Positions 19,679-31,300 of a stretch of 64,000 bases of DNA are shown here, piece after piece. Made by a program: the position numbers and the translations under genes. A model generated the notes under the pieces. That model worked only from the letters and a program-made list of their open reading frames with translations, did no database searches and was not told the DNA's origin. The first letter of the stretch is position 1. Every line of letters begins with the position of its first letter. The DNA is taken from NCBI GenBank assembly GCA_001643675.2, contig LSRY02000008.1, positions 372,001-436,000 on the forward strand, written 5' to 3'. Source of the stretch: Monocercomonoides exilis PA203. Taxonomy: Eukaryota; Protista; Preaxostyla.

Positions 19679-22072
19679 TCATTCTTTCATCCAATGTGGT
19701 GGCTCGGTCTCAATGAAATATATCCAGTAATCTTTCATTGTCATTCCGCTCTTGTCTTTGAGTGAGTTGTAATGCCTCATCCACTCCGGTGGCTCTGTCT
19801 TGACCTCCTTTATCCAATGCATCGCCATTGTTCGTCCGTCCCTGTCAGCAAGCGCAATTCTATGTCTCATCCACTCCGGTGGCTCCGTCTTCACATATTT
19901 AATCCATCCCATGGCCATCGTTTCTCCATCCTTATCAGAAAGTGTGCTTCTGTGCCTCATCCATTCTGGTGGGTCTGTTTGAACCCAGAAAATCCAATTC
20001 ATCGCCATTGTCCTTCCACTCTTATCGCAAAGTGCAGCATCGTACCTCATCCATTCAGGCGGTTCTTTTCTGACATGAATGATCCACAGCATGGCCATTG
20101 TCCATCCGTCTTTATCTGCAAGTTTTCTATCATGTCTCATCCACTCCGGAGGCTCTGTCTTGTTCTCAATGATCCACCTCATTCCCGCTGTTTGTCCTTT
20201 ACTATCTTTCAGTGTTTCATTAAATGCAATCCATTCAGGTAATTTACGTTTAACATATATTTTCCAATAATCTGCCATTGCCCATCCTTTCTTGTCTCTA
20301 AGTGAATTGCGATGCCTCATCCATTTCGGTGGATCGGTTTGAACAATTTGAATCCATATCATAGCCATTGTTTCTCCTTTCTTATCACCAAGTGTAATAT
20401 CGTGTCTCATCCACATTGGTGGATCTTTCTTCACAAATTGAATCCACTTCATTGCCATCGTATTTCCTTCCTTGTCTTCAAGAGAATTGCGATGCCTCAT
20501 CCATCCCTGTGGTTCTGTCTTGACTTCCCTTATCCACCACATGGCCATTGTACATTCATCAATGTCTGTAAGCTCCTTGTCATGCCTCATCCATTCTGGA
20601 GGTTCTGTTCGAACAAACTGAATCCACCACATGGCCATTGTACATTCATCAATGTCTGTAAGCTCCTTGTCATGCCTCATCCATTCTGGAGGTTCTGTTC
20701 GAACAAACTGAATCCACCACATGGCCATTGTACATTCATCAATGTCTGCAAGCTCCTTGTCATGTCTCATCCATTCTGGTGGCTCTGTCTTGACAAATTT
20801 AATCCAGAGCATGGCCATTGTTTCACCTTTACAATTAGGAAATGAACTTCTATGTCTTATCCATTCTGGTGGCTCTGTCTTGACAAATTTAATCCAGAGC
20901 ATGGCCATTGTTTCACCTTTACAATTAGGAAATGAACTTCTATGTCTCATCCACTCTGGTGGCTCTGTTTTGACATATTCAATCCATAGCATAGCCATTG
21001 TTTGTTCCCAAATACCTCCTTTTATTGTAATATCGTGTCTCATCCATTCTGGCGGTTCTGTCTTAACATTTGTAATCCACAACATCGCCATTGTTGATTT
21101 AAAATTGTTGCGAAGTGTCATATCGTGTCTCATCCATTCTGGTGGTTCTGTTTTGACATCTTGAATCCACAGCATGGCCATTGTGTATCCATTCTTATTG
21201 GCAAATGTAATATCATGCCTCATCCATTCTGGAGGAGTATTTTCTTTCGAAATAATCCACTTCATCGCCATTGTTCGTCCAACTTTATCTGTGATTTCAT
21301 TGCTATGTCTCATCCATTCTAGTGGCTCTGTCTTCACATTTTCTATCCATCGCATGGCCATCGTAATTCCATTATTGTCTGTAACCGTATTCTCGTGCCT
21401 CATCCACTTCGGCACATCTGTTTTAACTAGCTTTATCCAGTGCATTGCCATTGTTCTTCCATTTTTATCTGCACATACAGGATCATGTCTCATCCATTTC
21501 GGAGGATCGGTTTGAACATACTGAATCCACTTCATTGCCATTGTTTCTCCTTTGTTGTCTTTGTGTGTAATTTTATGCCTTATTGATAAAGGTGGTTCTG
21601 TTTTGACCTCCTTTATCCACAGCATGGCCATTGTCCATCCATCCATGTCTGTAAGCTCCTTGTCATGCCTCATCCATTCTGGCGGTTCTGTTTTTATCTC
21701 CATAATCCACAGCATTGCCATTGTTCTTCCCCACTTATTCCTTATCGATATATCATGCTTCATCTCTTCTGGTGGATCTGTTTTGATGTTTGTGATCCAT
21801 ATCATTTCCATCGTTGATCCATTATTATTTCCGAGAGTTATATCATGTCTCATCCATTGTGGAGGTTCCGTATGGGTAAATCCAATCCACAGCATTGCCA
21901 TTGTCCAACCATTTTTATCATGAAGCGTTGTTTCATGTCTCATTTCCAACGGAGGTTCTGTCTTTTTCTCAACAATCCATCGCATTGCTTCTGTTCTACC
22001 ATCCTCGTCCCTTTTCAATGGATCACAATTTGCTTTTTGCATATCTGTTGTATATCTTATTTTACCGCTCAA
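19679..22072 (-). CDS. 30-aa tandem-repeat protein 2 (about 26 units)
   Basis: Uninterrupted ORF with the same repeat and C-terminal cap (GMTMKDYW..ETEPP.WMKE) as copy 1. The first ATG is at 22042; a possible splice acceptor (ttgcag) ends at 22095. Confidence 0.85.
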   Translation of the reverse strand: MSGKIRYTTDMQKANCDPLKRDEDGRTEAMRWIVEKKTEPPLEMRHETTLHDKNGWTMAMLWIGFTHTEPPQWMRHDITLGNNNGSTMEMIWITNIKTDPPEEMKHDISIRNKWGRTMAMLWIMEIKTEPPEWMRHDKELTDMDGWTMAMLWIKEVKTEPPLSIRHKITHKDNKGETMAMKWIQYVQTDPPKWMRHDPVCADKNGRTMAMHWIKLVKTDVPKWMRHENTVTDNNGITMAMRWIENVKTEPLEWMRHSNEITDKVGRTMAMKWIISKENTPPEWMRHDITFANKNGYTMAMLWIQDVKTEPPEWMRHDMTLRNNFKSTMAMLWITNVKTEPPEWMRHDITIKGGIWEQTMAMLWIEYVKTEPPEWMRHRSSFPNCKGETMAMLWIKFVKTEPPEWIRHRSSFPNCKGETMAMLWIKFVKTEPPEWMRHDKELADIDECTMAMWWIQFVRTEPPEWMRHDKELTDIDECTMAMWWIQFVRTEPPEWMRHDKELTDIDECTMAMWWIREVKTEPQGWMRHRNSLEDKEGNTMAMKWIQFVKKDPPMWMRHDITLGDKKGETMAMIWIQIVQTDPPKWMRHRNSLRDKKGWAMADYWKIYVKRKLPEWIAFNETLKDSKGQTAGMRWIIENKTEPPEWMRHDRKLADKDGWTMAMLWIIHVRKEPPEWMRYDAALCDKSGRTMAMNWIFWVQTDPPEWMRHRSTLSDKDGETMAMGWIKYVKTEPPEWMRHRIALADRDGRTMAMHWIKEVKTEPPEWMRHYNSLKDKSGMTMKDYWIYFIETEPPHWMKE

Positions 22073-22559
22073 CGCTTCGGTTTTGCTGCTCGTCCTGCAA
22101 TATAAGCAGAAAAAATGTCAATCGTTAAAAAGTATTATTTGAAATAAATATTATATAATTGATCATATATAATTATTTCTTTAAATCCTGTATATCATCT
22201 TTTAATAAGTTTGAAAATGAGCATAAAGTGGTTGCATAATTTTTGGCAGTGTTTCGTTTTGTTATTCAAACATTTTTTTCAAAACGGAAAAAAATTTAAT
22301 ATTAATTATTTTTATTTTTATTTCTTTTGACGTTCGTTCAACAAATTATTTGTGAATGAAAATGAAAAGCCAAGTTGTGAAATATAGCAAACCCGTGAAA
22401 TGATGATGAGTCTTATATTTTCTGCTCTTTTGCTTTTGCACCAAAATTCTCAGAAACATTCGAAGAATTGCAATCAGACATTTCTTTTAACCAATTCATT
22501 TCTATTTTATTTTTTATTTTTTCATTCACATTTCAAATCGCTTCTGGGATGCATTCATT

Positions 22560-25500
22560 TGGATCAGCCACAACAAGAGTTGAGTGAGTGAGTGAGTGTG
22601 TGGCAGAAGAGAAGTGAAAGATGAATGCCATTCACTCTGATGGAGAATATGCACATTCTGAAGAGAGGCTGAAATGTTGCCTTTGGAAAGGAAATGGCTG
22701 AATGAAAAAACAAAAGCCAAAGAGAGAAAGAGAGAAAAAGAAAAAAATGGATATTTGAATGGAAAATGTGAATGTTCAGAGCAAATGGATAGGAAAAGAA
22801 TGTGACACTCAACATCATTCAGAATGAGAAGTGAATGTTGAAAAATTAATTGTGAAAATGAAAGGATTATCAAAAAGATGAAAATGAAAAGAAAGAGCAA
22901 TATGAAAAGATGGTGATTGTGATTAGAAGAAGGAGGAGGAGGAAGAAGAAGTTATAATTTTGAACTTGTGCAACAAGAGATTGGACAAAGACCAATCATT
23001 TGGGGAAAGCGTTGGAGAAGTCAGAGAGAAAATGAAAGAGAAGAAGGGGAGAGGTGAATGTTTTGTGACTGATAGCACTTTTTTGTGTGAAAAAGCAGTT
23101 GCAGATATAGAAATGTTAATAATTGAGGAGGGGTGGTGCAGGAAATAAAAATTCTCTTTGAAAGAAAAGAAGAGGATTTATTGTTTGAATTTTTTTTCAG
23201 CTTTATGTGTAATCTCACACCTTCTCCATTCATTGCTTTCTCTTTTCCTTCTTCTCCTCCTCCTCCTCCTTCTTTTTCTTCTTCTTCATTTGTTTTCTTT
23301 TCCAATATCCTCAAAAAATGTTATGTTCGTTGATTTGTCAACTCAAAAGGATAAACATCATTTTCAGTTTCAGAAGGAAAAGGCAAGAATGTTATTCGAA
23401 ATCAGCAAATGAGCTGCAGATGTCAATCTTCGTTGATTCATTGCAGATTATCAGGCACATTATTTGAATTCCGATTTTCAGGTCAACTTGTGCTGCATTG
23501 TTCAGATGCGACATTTTCATTTTATCAACACCATCGCATTAAGCCTTCGAATCATTTTCTCACAAATTTGATCAGATTATTTATTGAATTTTCTATCACC
23601 TCGCCTTCTTTGCTTTTTTTCTTCTTCTTCTTCTTTGAATGCATTTTTCTTTAATCTTTCAATTTTGACGCCTCAGTTGCTGATAATGTATATGGCAGCC
23701 ACAACAAAAAGGAGAAAAAGTTAAACAAATTTTTAATAAATACCATCGTTCTAAAACCCGGGAATTTTTCTAAAACCCGGACTTTTTATTAAAATTCATA
23801 TATCTCGACAAATTTCAAAAATAAAATTATGATAATGCAAACATTCGTACATCAGTATATATAACACATCTTACCATATTAGAATTTTTATTTATTGTGC
23901 TGTATTTATGAAGAAATAAATAATTTTTATTTTTGAAAATTTGACTTTTAATGAATTTTTCTATTTCAAAAAAACGATTCAGTTCATCTTTTCCACATTT
24001 TGCTTATTTTTTCTTTGTTGTCAACTGTTCTGGTTATTTTTCATTTTCTGCAATTTGCTCCTTCTGATGAAAAAAAAAACTATCATTTTTGAAAAATCAT
24101 TATCAATGGTACAACTTAAAAAATATTTTTTGCAAAATGCAAAAACAACCAAGTGAATTTAACACATGCGTTAATAAATATGATAGTTATATAAATTTTC
24201 TTAATTGATTAAATTTAAAATAATTCAGTAGGTATTTCATAAATACAGATTATTATCATTATTGATGATTGATAATGATCATCTTCATTGAATTTTCTAC
24301 CAAATTGTATTTTATGAAATACCTACTGAATTATTTTAAATTTAATCAATTAAGAAAATTTATATAACTATCATATTTATTAACGCATGTGTTAAATTCA
24401 CTTGGTTGTTTTTGCATTTTGCAAAAAATATTTTTTAAGTTGTACCATTGATAATGATTTTTCAAAAATGATAGTTTTTTTTTTCATCAGAAGGAGCAAA
24501 TTGCAGAAAATGAAAAATAACCAGAACAGTTGACAACAAAGAAAAAATAAGCAAAATGTGGAAAAGATGAACTGAATCGTTTTTTTGAAATAGAAAAATT
24601 CATTAAAAGTCAAATTTTCAAAAATAAAAATTATTTATTTCTTCATAAATACAGCACAATAAATAAAAATTCTAATATGGTAAGATGTGTTATATATACT
24701 GATGTACGAATGTTTGCATTATCATAATTTTATTTTTGAAATTTGTCGAGATATATGAATTTTAATAAAAAGTCCGGGTTTTAGAAAAATTCCCGGGTTT
24801 AAGAACGATGGTAGGTGAAATATGATGTGGAGATTAAAAATAACAATTAAAATAAAAATAAATATTTAAAGAAAAAAATTGAGAGGAAAAGCTGTGGAGT
24901 GTACTATCAGCGGTTAAGAAGCAACAAGAAGGTTCGACGTCGCACATAATCGCCTCCTATTTTGAACGAGACAATGCGGAGCACACAGGAGTTGAAACAG
25001 ATGGTGCTGGTGCAGGAAGAGAAATAGTTATTTTGGATGTTGTGAGTGCTGAAGGAGAACAAAAAGCAATTGAGGCATCCATGCACACACTTCCTGCCAC
25101 TGGTGGAGATTTTATCTAACTGTGCACCAGAGATGCTCGTCTTTGATATCAGTTGTTGCGCTCGTTCAATGGAACAGAAAAGCATTCCATTCACACACAC
25201 TGCTGCTTTGCTGATCGAACGAAATGGAAGTGAAGAAAAAGGAGTGCATCATGATGATATATCTTTCTGAGAGATTTGGCCCGAAAAAATGAAGAAGAAC
25301 ATCGCTTTCTCTAATAATTGCGATAACTGTTGTAAAAAGATGCTTTGCATAGCGCCTGAAGCCATCGTTGAACACGAACGTTGTTGTAGCTGCCTTGAGA
25401 GCGAAGAGGTTGATGTGGAAGAGAAAGAGGCAGGAATTGGGGAGAGCTCAAAGCACCATGCAGCTGAGATGGATATGCTGGTCTGATGGAGAAAAGATCA

Positions 25501-26680
25501 AAGAGGGAGCAGTGGAAAATCTATCGAGAAGGCAGAAGAGTGAAGAGTGGACTGATTCGAAAGAGGAGTGGAAAGAGAAAGGAAAGTTTGTGAGGATGCA
25601 TGTGTTGAGAAGCACAACAACAGAGAGCTGAAGAAGGCGAAGCGAGCAGAAACAAGACTATTCGAGACAGACACGACTCGAATGTTGGTGTAGCAACTCA
25701 AGCGGTCGATGTGAAGGACTGCTGTAGATAGGGAGGCGCAAGTGGTAAGAGGAGGACTCTGTGGCTCGATCGACGAATGTCTGTTGGGCGAGGAAGAATG
25801 TGATGAAGGGAAGAAGATCGACATGAGATTGGAGCTCAGCAGGGACGGTAGATGCCGGAGCAGTAAATGGTGGCTTTTGTGGTTAGAGAAGGCCTTGTGA
25901 AGTTGGGGGAAAAAGAGGAATATACTGACTTGATATAAGATGCAAGAGTACCGGAGAAAGACTTCGTTCAAGGAGAAGAAGAGGTTGAGGATGCGGAAAC
26001 AGATGGAAGAAGCGTTTGCAGGCGGATTGCAGTCGAGGCACGCTATTGCAGCCCCCCCTCTGACCTGCTCTTCGCTAACACAGCCTGTGAATACAGATGA
26101 CTCGGTCAGGCAGTTGACTGTGCATCTCCTCTTCGCATACACACAAAAACAGAGCCAATTTTTTTGTGTGTGTGAAAGATGTTGGTGATGTTTGCGGATT
26201 CCAGAACGATGACTATTATGGTGTCTGGGGCAGGCAGCCCCGAATCAGCGGAGTTAACCAGAACAAACGGGCAGATGGCAACACGAGAGGCAGGCCCAAC
26301 AAGCAAAGAGAAAGTGAGCGGAGGGATACGAGTTCCACTGAAGGGGATGCAAAAACGATGTGGAAAAAAGGAAATGATGAGGATACGTGGACGATGGTTC
26401 AGCTTTTGAGATTCATGTGCACTTCTGTTTTATTAACCATTGCATGAGCAACGAGCATACACTGAGTCTGTTCTGAATACGAACAACTAGACAAAAGCAG
26501 CGAAGTCAAAAGGGTAGATGCCTCAATCAATGATAAATGATGAAGAGGAGAAAAAGAAAACCTGAGGAGAAGCAATGCTTTGAAGATTCGTAAGGAGAAT
26601 CGTGTTTATTGGTGCGTAGGATGATATTTTAGAAGAAAAGGTGTAACTTCATGAAATATTCTGTTTTTTAATAAACATTT
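22560..26680 (+). pseudogene. Decayed gene of unknown family, probably paralogous to 13900-18660, interrupted by a foldback element
   Basis: GA-rich, codon-like fragments with many stops and short matches to 17350-18250. Boundaries approximate. Confidence 0.35.
23743..24811. mobile_element. Non-autonomous foldback/MITE with about 500-bp TIRs and TA target-site duplication (Tc1/mariner-type ends)
   Basis: Arms 23743-24243 and 24311-24811 are reverse complements (one mismatch seen, at 23753) around a 67-bp spacer. TA flanks at 23741-42 and 24812-13. Subterminal direct repeat CTAAAACCCGG occurs twice. Identical 71-aa ORFs on opposite strands confirm the symmetry. Confidence 0.88.
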
Positions 26681-27715
26681 TCAATCACATTTCAATTATT
26701 TTGCTTGATCAACAAATCAATTGGATAACAATTTTTTATATTTTTTTGTCCAATAATATAGAAACAAATCAAATAGTTATTTAAGCAATAAACAGTTAAC
26801 AATAATTTTTAATTATTGTTTCTTTATTTATGTTCTTGTTTTATTTTGATATTTTTGTCCAACAGAAATTATTATTTTTATTTATTCTTTTTTTCAACAT
26901 ATGGGGGAAAATACGAACTTTCAAGCTTTTTTTGCACAAAGCATGAAAAAACTGTTTCACTTACAACATTATTAAACTTTATCAGATTTCGAAAGAAATT
27001 TGATTTTCAAATCCGTGTGCAAACATCATTGATGCGATAACAAAATGTTTTGTAACATCACTTGTATTTCAAAAAATGAACACATTTTTATTGCATTTTT
27101 TGATCGTAAAAAGTACTTCAAAGGTGCATAACTTTTCAATGAAAATGCCTGAATTCTGATATTATGTCCCATATGTTGTTCTTTGTTAGAATTTTTTGGA
27201 CATAAATTAATAATTATTACGATCCATAGGGTCATAATTTTATTAGTACCCCGTTTTTTTTGAGATCATTTATTTTTTTTCTCATATTGCTTTATACAGA
27301 AGCGTATACGCAAAGAGAATAGTTTTCAAACAAATAATATATTATTATAAGGTTGTATACCAAATATTTTTGAAAATCATTTCTTTAAAAAAAAGATCTG
27401 AATTTTTTGAGTTTTATTTTTTGATCAATGTTTTGCTCGTGTTTCCACGAGTTTTTGAAACCAAGCATTTTCCTTGTTTGTATTGTTTTTAAACTTTTCT
27501 TTTTAACATTTTTGGTTATTTTATAACAAGAAAAACTCTTTTTTTTCAATAGTTTTCACACCTCACCTTTTTTTTGTGAAACTGAAAATTTGAAGAAATA
27601 TGTTATTATTTTTTGAATATATCATACGTGCATGATTTGCAAATTAGTGTATCAAATAATAAATGTGATGAAAATTCTCATTAAAAAGTGTTTAAATCAG
27701 AATTGGAAAAAGTTG

Positions 27716-27964
27716 ATATGGGTGATTCTTTTTGAAAAGTCACAAATGTTTAATTTTCAAATACTTTTCAAATTTTCATATTTTGCTCAAATTTCTGTTT
27801 CAGCTCACAAATCTCGTAGAGAATGTTAGAAATAGCTTAATCAAGTATGAGATTCCATTTTAGTGAAGTTTGAAATTTGTTAACAAAATATTTTGCAAAA
27901 TATGAAATTTTTGATTTATTTGAAAACTTAACATTTGTGACTTTTCAAAAAGAATCACCCATAT
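27716..27964. mobile_element. MITE-like element, about 250 bp
   Basis: 35-bp perfect inverted ends ATATGGGTGATTCTTTTTGAAAAGTCACAAATGTT, extending to about 75 bp with mismatches; no ORF. Confidence 0.7.
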
Positions 27965-28020
27965 TTTGTTTTTCTCGTTTTTCTTTTTATTAAAATGAAA
28001 TATTTAAAGAAATCTTAAAT

Positions 28021-28052
28021 ATATGGGTGATTTTTTTTGATATCATAAAAAA
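28021..28052 (+). repeat. Terminal-type repeat, inverted partner at 50329-50360
   Basis: ATATGGGTGATTTTTTTTGATATCATAAAAAA; its reverse complement (1 mismatch) lies 22.3 kb away. Confidence 0.75.
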
Positions 28053-28317
28053 AGATCAAAAATCGAAAAATTAAAATCTATTGTGGTTTCATTGATCATA
28101 AAATAAAAATTGATTTTTCATAAGCATTTATCATTTATTACTGTGATATATATGTGTTTAATAATTTATTCAAAAATACATATCTATTTTAATGTTTAAA
28201 GAAAAAAAGAATTTATTTATTAAGTTTCAAAAAAGAAAAGAAAAGAAAAATAAATCTTAAAAAGGAAAATATAAAGTTCAAAAACTTGTTTTACAATAGA
28301 AATACTTAAGAACATTA

Positions 28318-31300
28318 TTAATGAAAATTTGAGAAGATTGCAAAATGGATAAAAAACTCTTGATTTCTAATAAAAAATGTTTGTTTTCTCCAGTTCTTTA
28401 GCGAAAACAGTTCCGTCAAATCTCCGTTCCAGCTGTGAAGCTCATAAGCATCAGCGAACGGAGAATGGAATGAACAGGAGATAAAAATTATGAATAAGGC
28501 AGATTCAATTTTATCTTTTCTCTCTATGTTCTTCATTTGAACTGCCCTCCCTGCTTCCTTTATTTGCCACACTTCCTCCTTCTATTTCCAATCTACTTCT
28601 TCCAAATCCTTCGTTCGGAAATTATTGTTGATGATGAAAGCATCTTTCTCGAGCTCTTTCTTTTCCTCTCCCATCTCCTCCGTCAAACTTTCTCTCCTTT
28701 GGAATCACCTTCTGCTTCATGAGAAGCATTTTCTCAGCCCAGTATAACCAGCAAATAATCTCTTGTAAAATGTTTATTATTCACACAAAGTTCACAGGTT
28801 GCTTCATGAGCGAGGAAGTGAGGTAACAAGGCCAGTATCGAAAGAGATGTGCATTTTGTGTGTGAATCCCTTGTCGCTTCTGTGAAAGAGCCCTTGTTCA
28901 CTTTCATGGGAAACATCACTCAGAAATACAACTCGATTGTTGGACATGATAGAACAGAGGTATTCGGAGATTGGGATGTCGATTTATAAATCTTTATCAA
29001 CGGGCATACAGCTGATAATGAATGCGTGGAAAGAATACTTGGTATCAAAGAAATGTATTGCTGGCTATCAAAGATGTCCTGCAAGAGTCCGCGCAAAGCG
29101 ATGCGTCTTCTGAAGAAGGTGCAGATCATAAGGTGGAAATCATTTCATGAGCAGACTTGTCGGTGAATTTATGTGCAAGTGACGGTAAAATCGAAGATAT
29201 TTGAAGAGAAGGCACGCAAAATAGAAGAAAACATCTCATATGTGCATTTGATGAAATCAACATTGCTTGTCTGGCAATTTATTCTCTTGTTTCACAGAAA
29301 TTTTCCATAAAAAATATGCCTTTTCAAATAAATAAGTTTCCCTCATCGTTTCATCTTCTACGACATATTGAAGGCGTGTGACGTTGTGTTACCTGCAGAA
29401 CGCTATTTTTGAACTCATTCATTTCATAAAAGAATTGCTCTAATACTCTTTCTTTTTAATCTCCGCCTCTTTCGGCTTCCAAACAAAAAAAGGCAAAATC
29501 GTCCTCCTTTTTTGATTTCGCGCCGACTGATCAGTTTCTTTCGACAAGAAATCACATCTGTTGTTATTAAAACTTGGCCACATATCGCAATAGAATGAAT
29601 ATGCCTTTTGTGCTTCCGAAAAGATAATAAAAGATGATGCTTGGTCCTGGATTTTACGGGAGTTGAAGAAATGAGAAAATAATTTGCTAACTCGGAAGCT
29701 CTGCTGAATTGAATAAAACAGACATTTCACTAAGTCGATGCTCTGATCCAATGCCAAATAAGAAGAAACATAAAAGAAGAAGTTGAAAAATAGTTGAAGA
29801 AGGTGTTGATGACAATGATGACGAGGATAAAAAGGGATATTCTGCTTTTAATAAAGTTCATTGCTGAAATGAAGTGGATGTGACTGACTATTTTGATGAT
29901 GAAGAGGAGGCGGTGGTGATAAAAGGCTCGTTGAAAGTGAAAAGTTAAATGAGAAGAGTCTCAAACAGAGATGAAACATCATGCAGATAAATTGATCTTT
30001 TCTTTTTCTTTCCTTTTTATCGATTTTCTCATGCACTTTCTTCTTTTTCTTGTCTTTCAGCTTGCCTCTACCAGCTCCTGGATCTTCTTCTGTTCTCCTT
30101 AGACCATGTTCTTCGCAGTCAGTATTCGTTTTATCTGCTCGTCAATCTCTTCTCAGTCTTTCGTGACTTCTGCTCACTCCAGCTCTGTCAACTTCTTGTT
30201 CAGCTCTTTGTTCTTGTAATGTTCCTCTATCATCTTGTATTTCACTTCCAGCAGAACGGCTCCTAACGCTCTTTCCTTCCACAAGCCTCCCAAACACTCT
30301 TCTCTCTTTCTATTTGCACAAATAAGATTTCTTTCTCGTTTTTGAATGTTTGTTTCATTCTTTTTTTATTTCTTCTTTTCTGTTATCTCTTTCAGTATCA
30401 TCTGCATTTTTCTTAAAGAAGCTCTTTCGTTTTCTTTGATTTCATCATTTTCAGGAATTTTTTGTGTTATAGATAGACTTCCAAAGATATATCCGCATTC
30501 TGTTTCTTTTTGGTGACATTTCTCTTCTTCCAATTGAACACTTCTTGTAAGATCTCTTTCTGTCCATCAAAATTATCTTTTCTTTCGCCAATTACTTTCA
30601 CAGAACAGCTTTCAATCTTTTCTCAAGCTGAAACTCTTCTTTTTCTGTCTCTCTTTCATCATCTCTAATATAACTTCCTTTCCCCCTTCTTCTTCTCATT
30701 GTTCACCATCTCTTCCTCACATTCTTCACGGCTTCTTTATTGATATCCGATCATCTTGTTTCACTTGTCCATGTCATCCTCCTCTTCAGCTGCCCCAATG
30801 CAAACTGAAGCTAAATCTTCAACTTCTCCGAAAAATTCACGAAATGTTATTAATCCAACACAGCTTCGCACCTGAGTCACTTCTCTTAAATAAACAAATA
30901 ATGAAATTCGAATGCCCAACACACATCTCAATGAATTATACACAGAGATTATGTCCATTTCGCACAAAACGTCAGAAACAGGAGAGGATAACTTGGCAGC
31001 TGAAAGAGAAGTCAGCGCAGATGATAGATGTGCCTGTGGAGCAAATGTCAGTGACATTTGTGAAGAAGTGTTCGAAGAACAGTGAGCTTTTCCAATGTCA
31101 GAAGACTTTTATCACTTGAACAATCCATTGGAGATCCGAAAATATAATTTGAAGGCAATGTGATCTTTTGCTCTTTTCTTTTCTGGCGCATTAAAGAATT
31201 TGGTGTTTCAAACCTTGCATTTTGTATTTTTTTCTTCGATTGCTCTAACGATATAAGCTGAAGATAGTAAAAGAAGATCTCAATTTCCTTAAGATGCTCG

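Noticed and set aside
23941-24613. Two identical 71-aa ORFs on opposite strands
   Set aside because: A consequence of the palindromic element; TTG start and no protein-like features.
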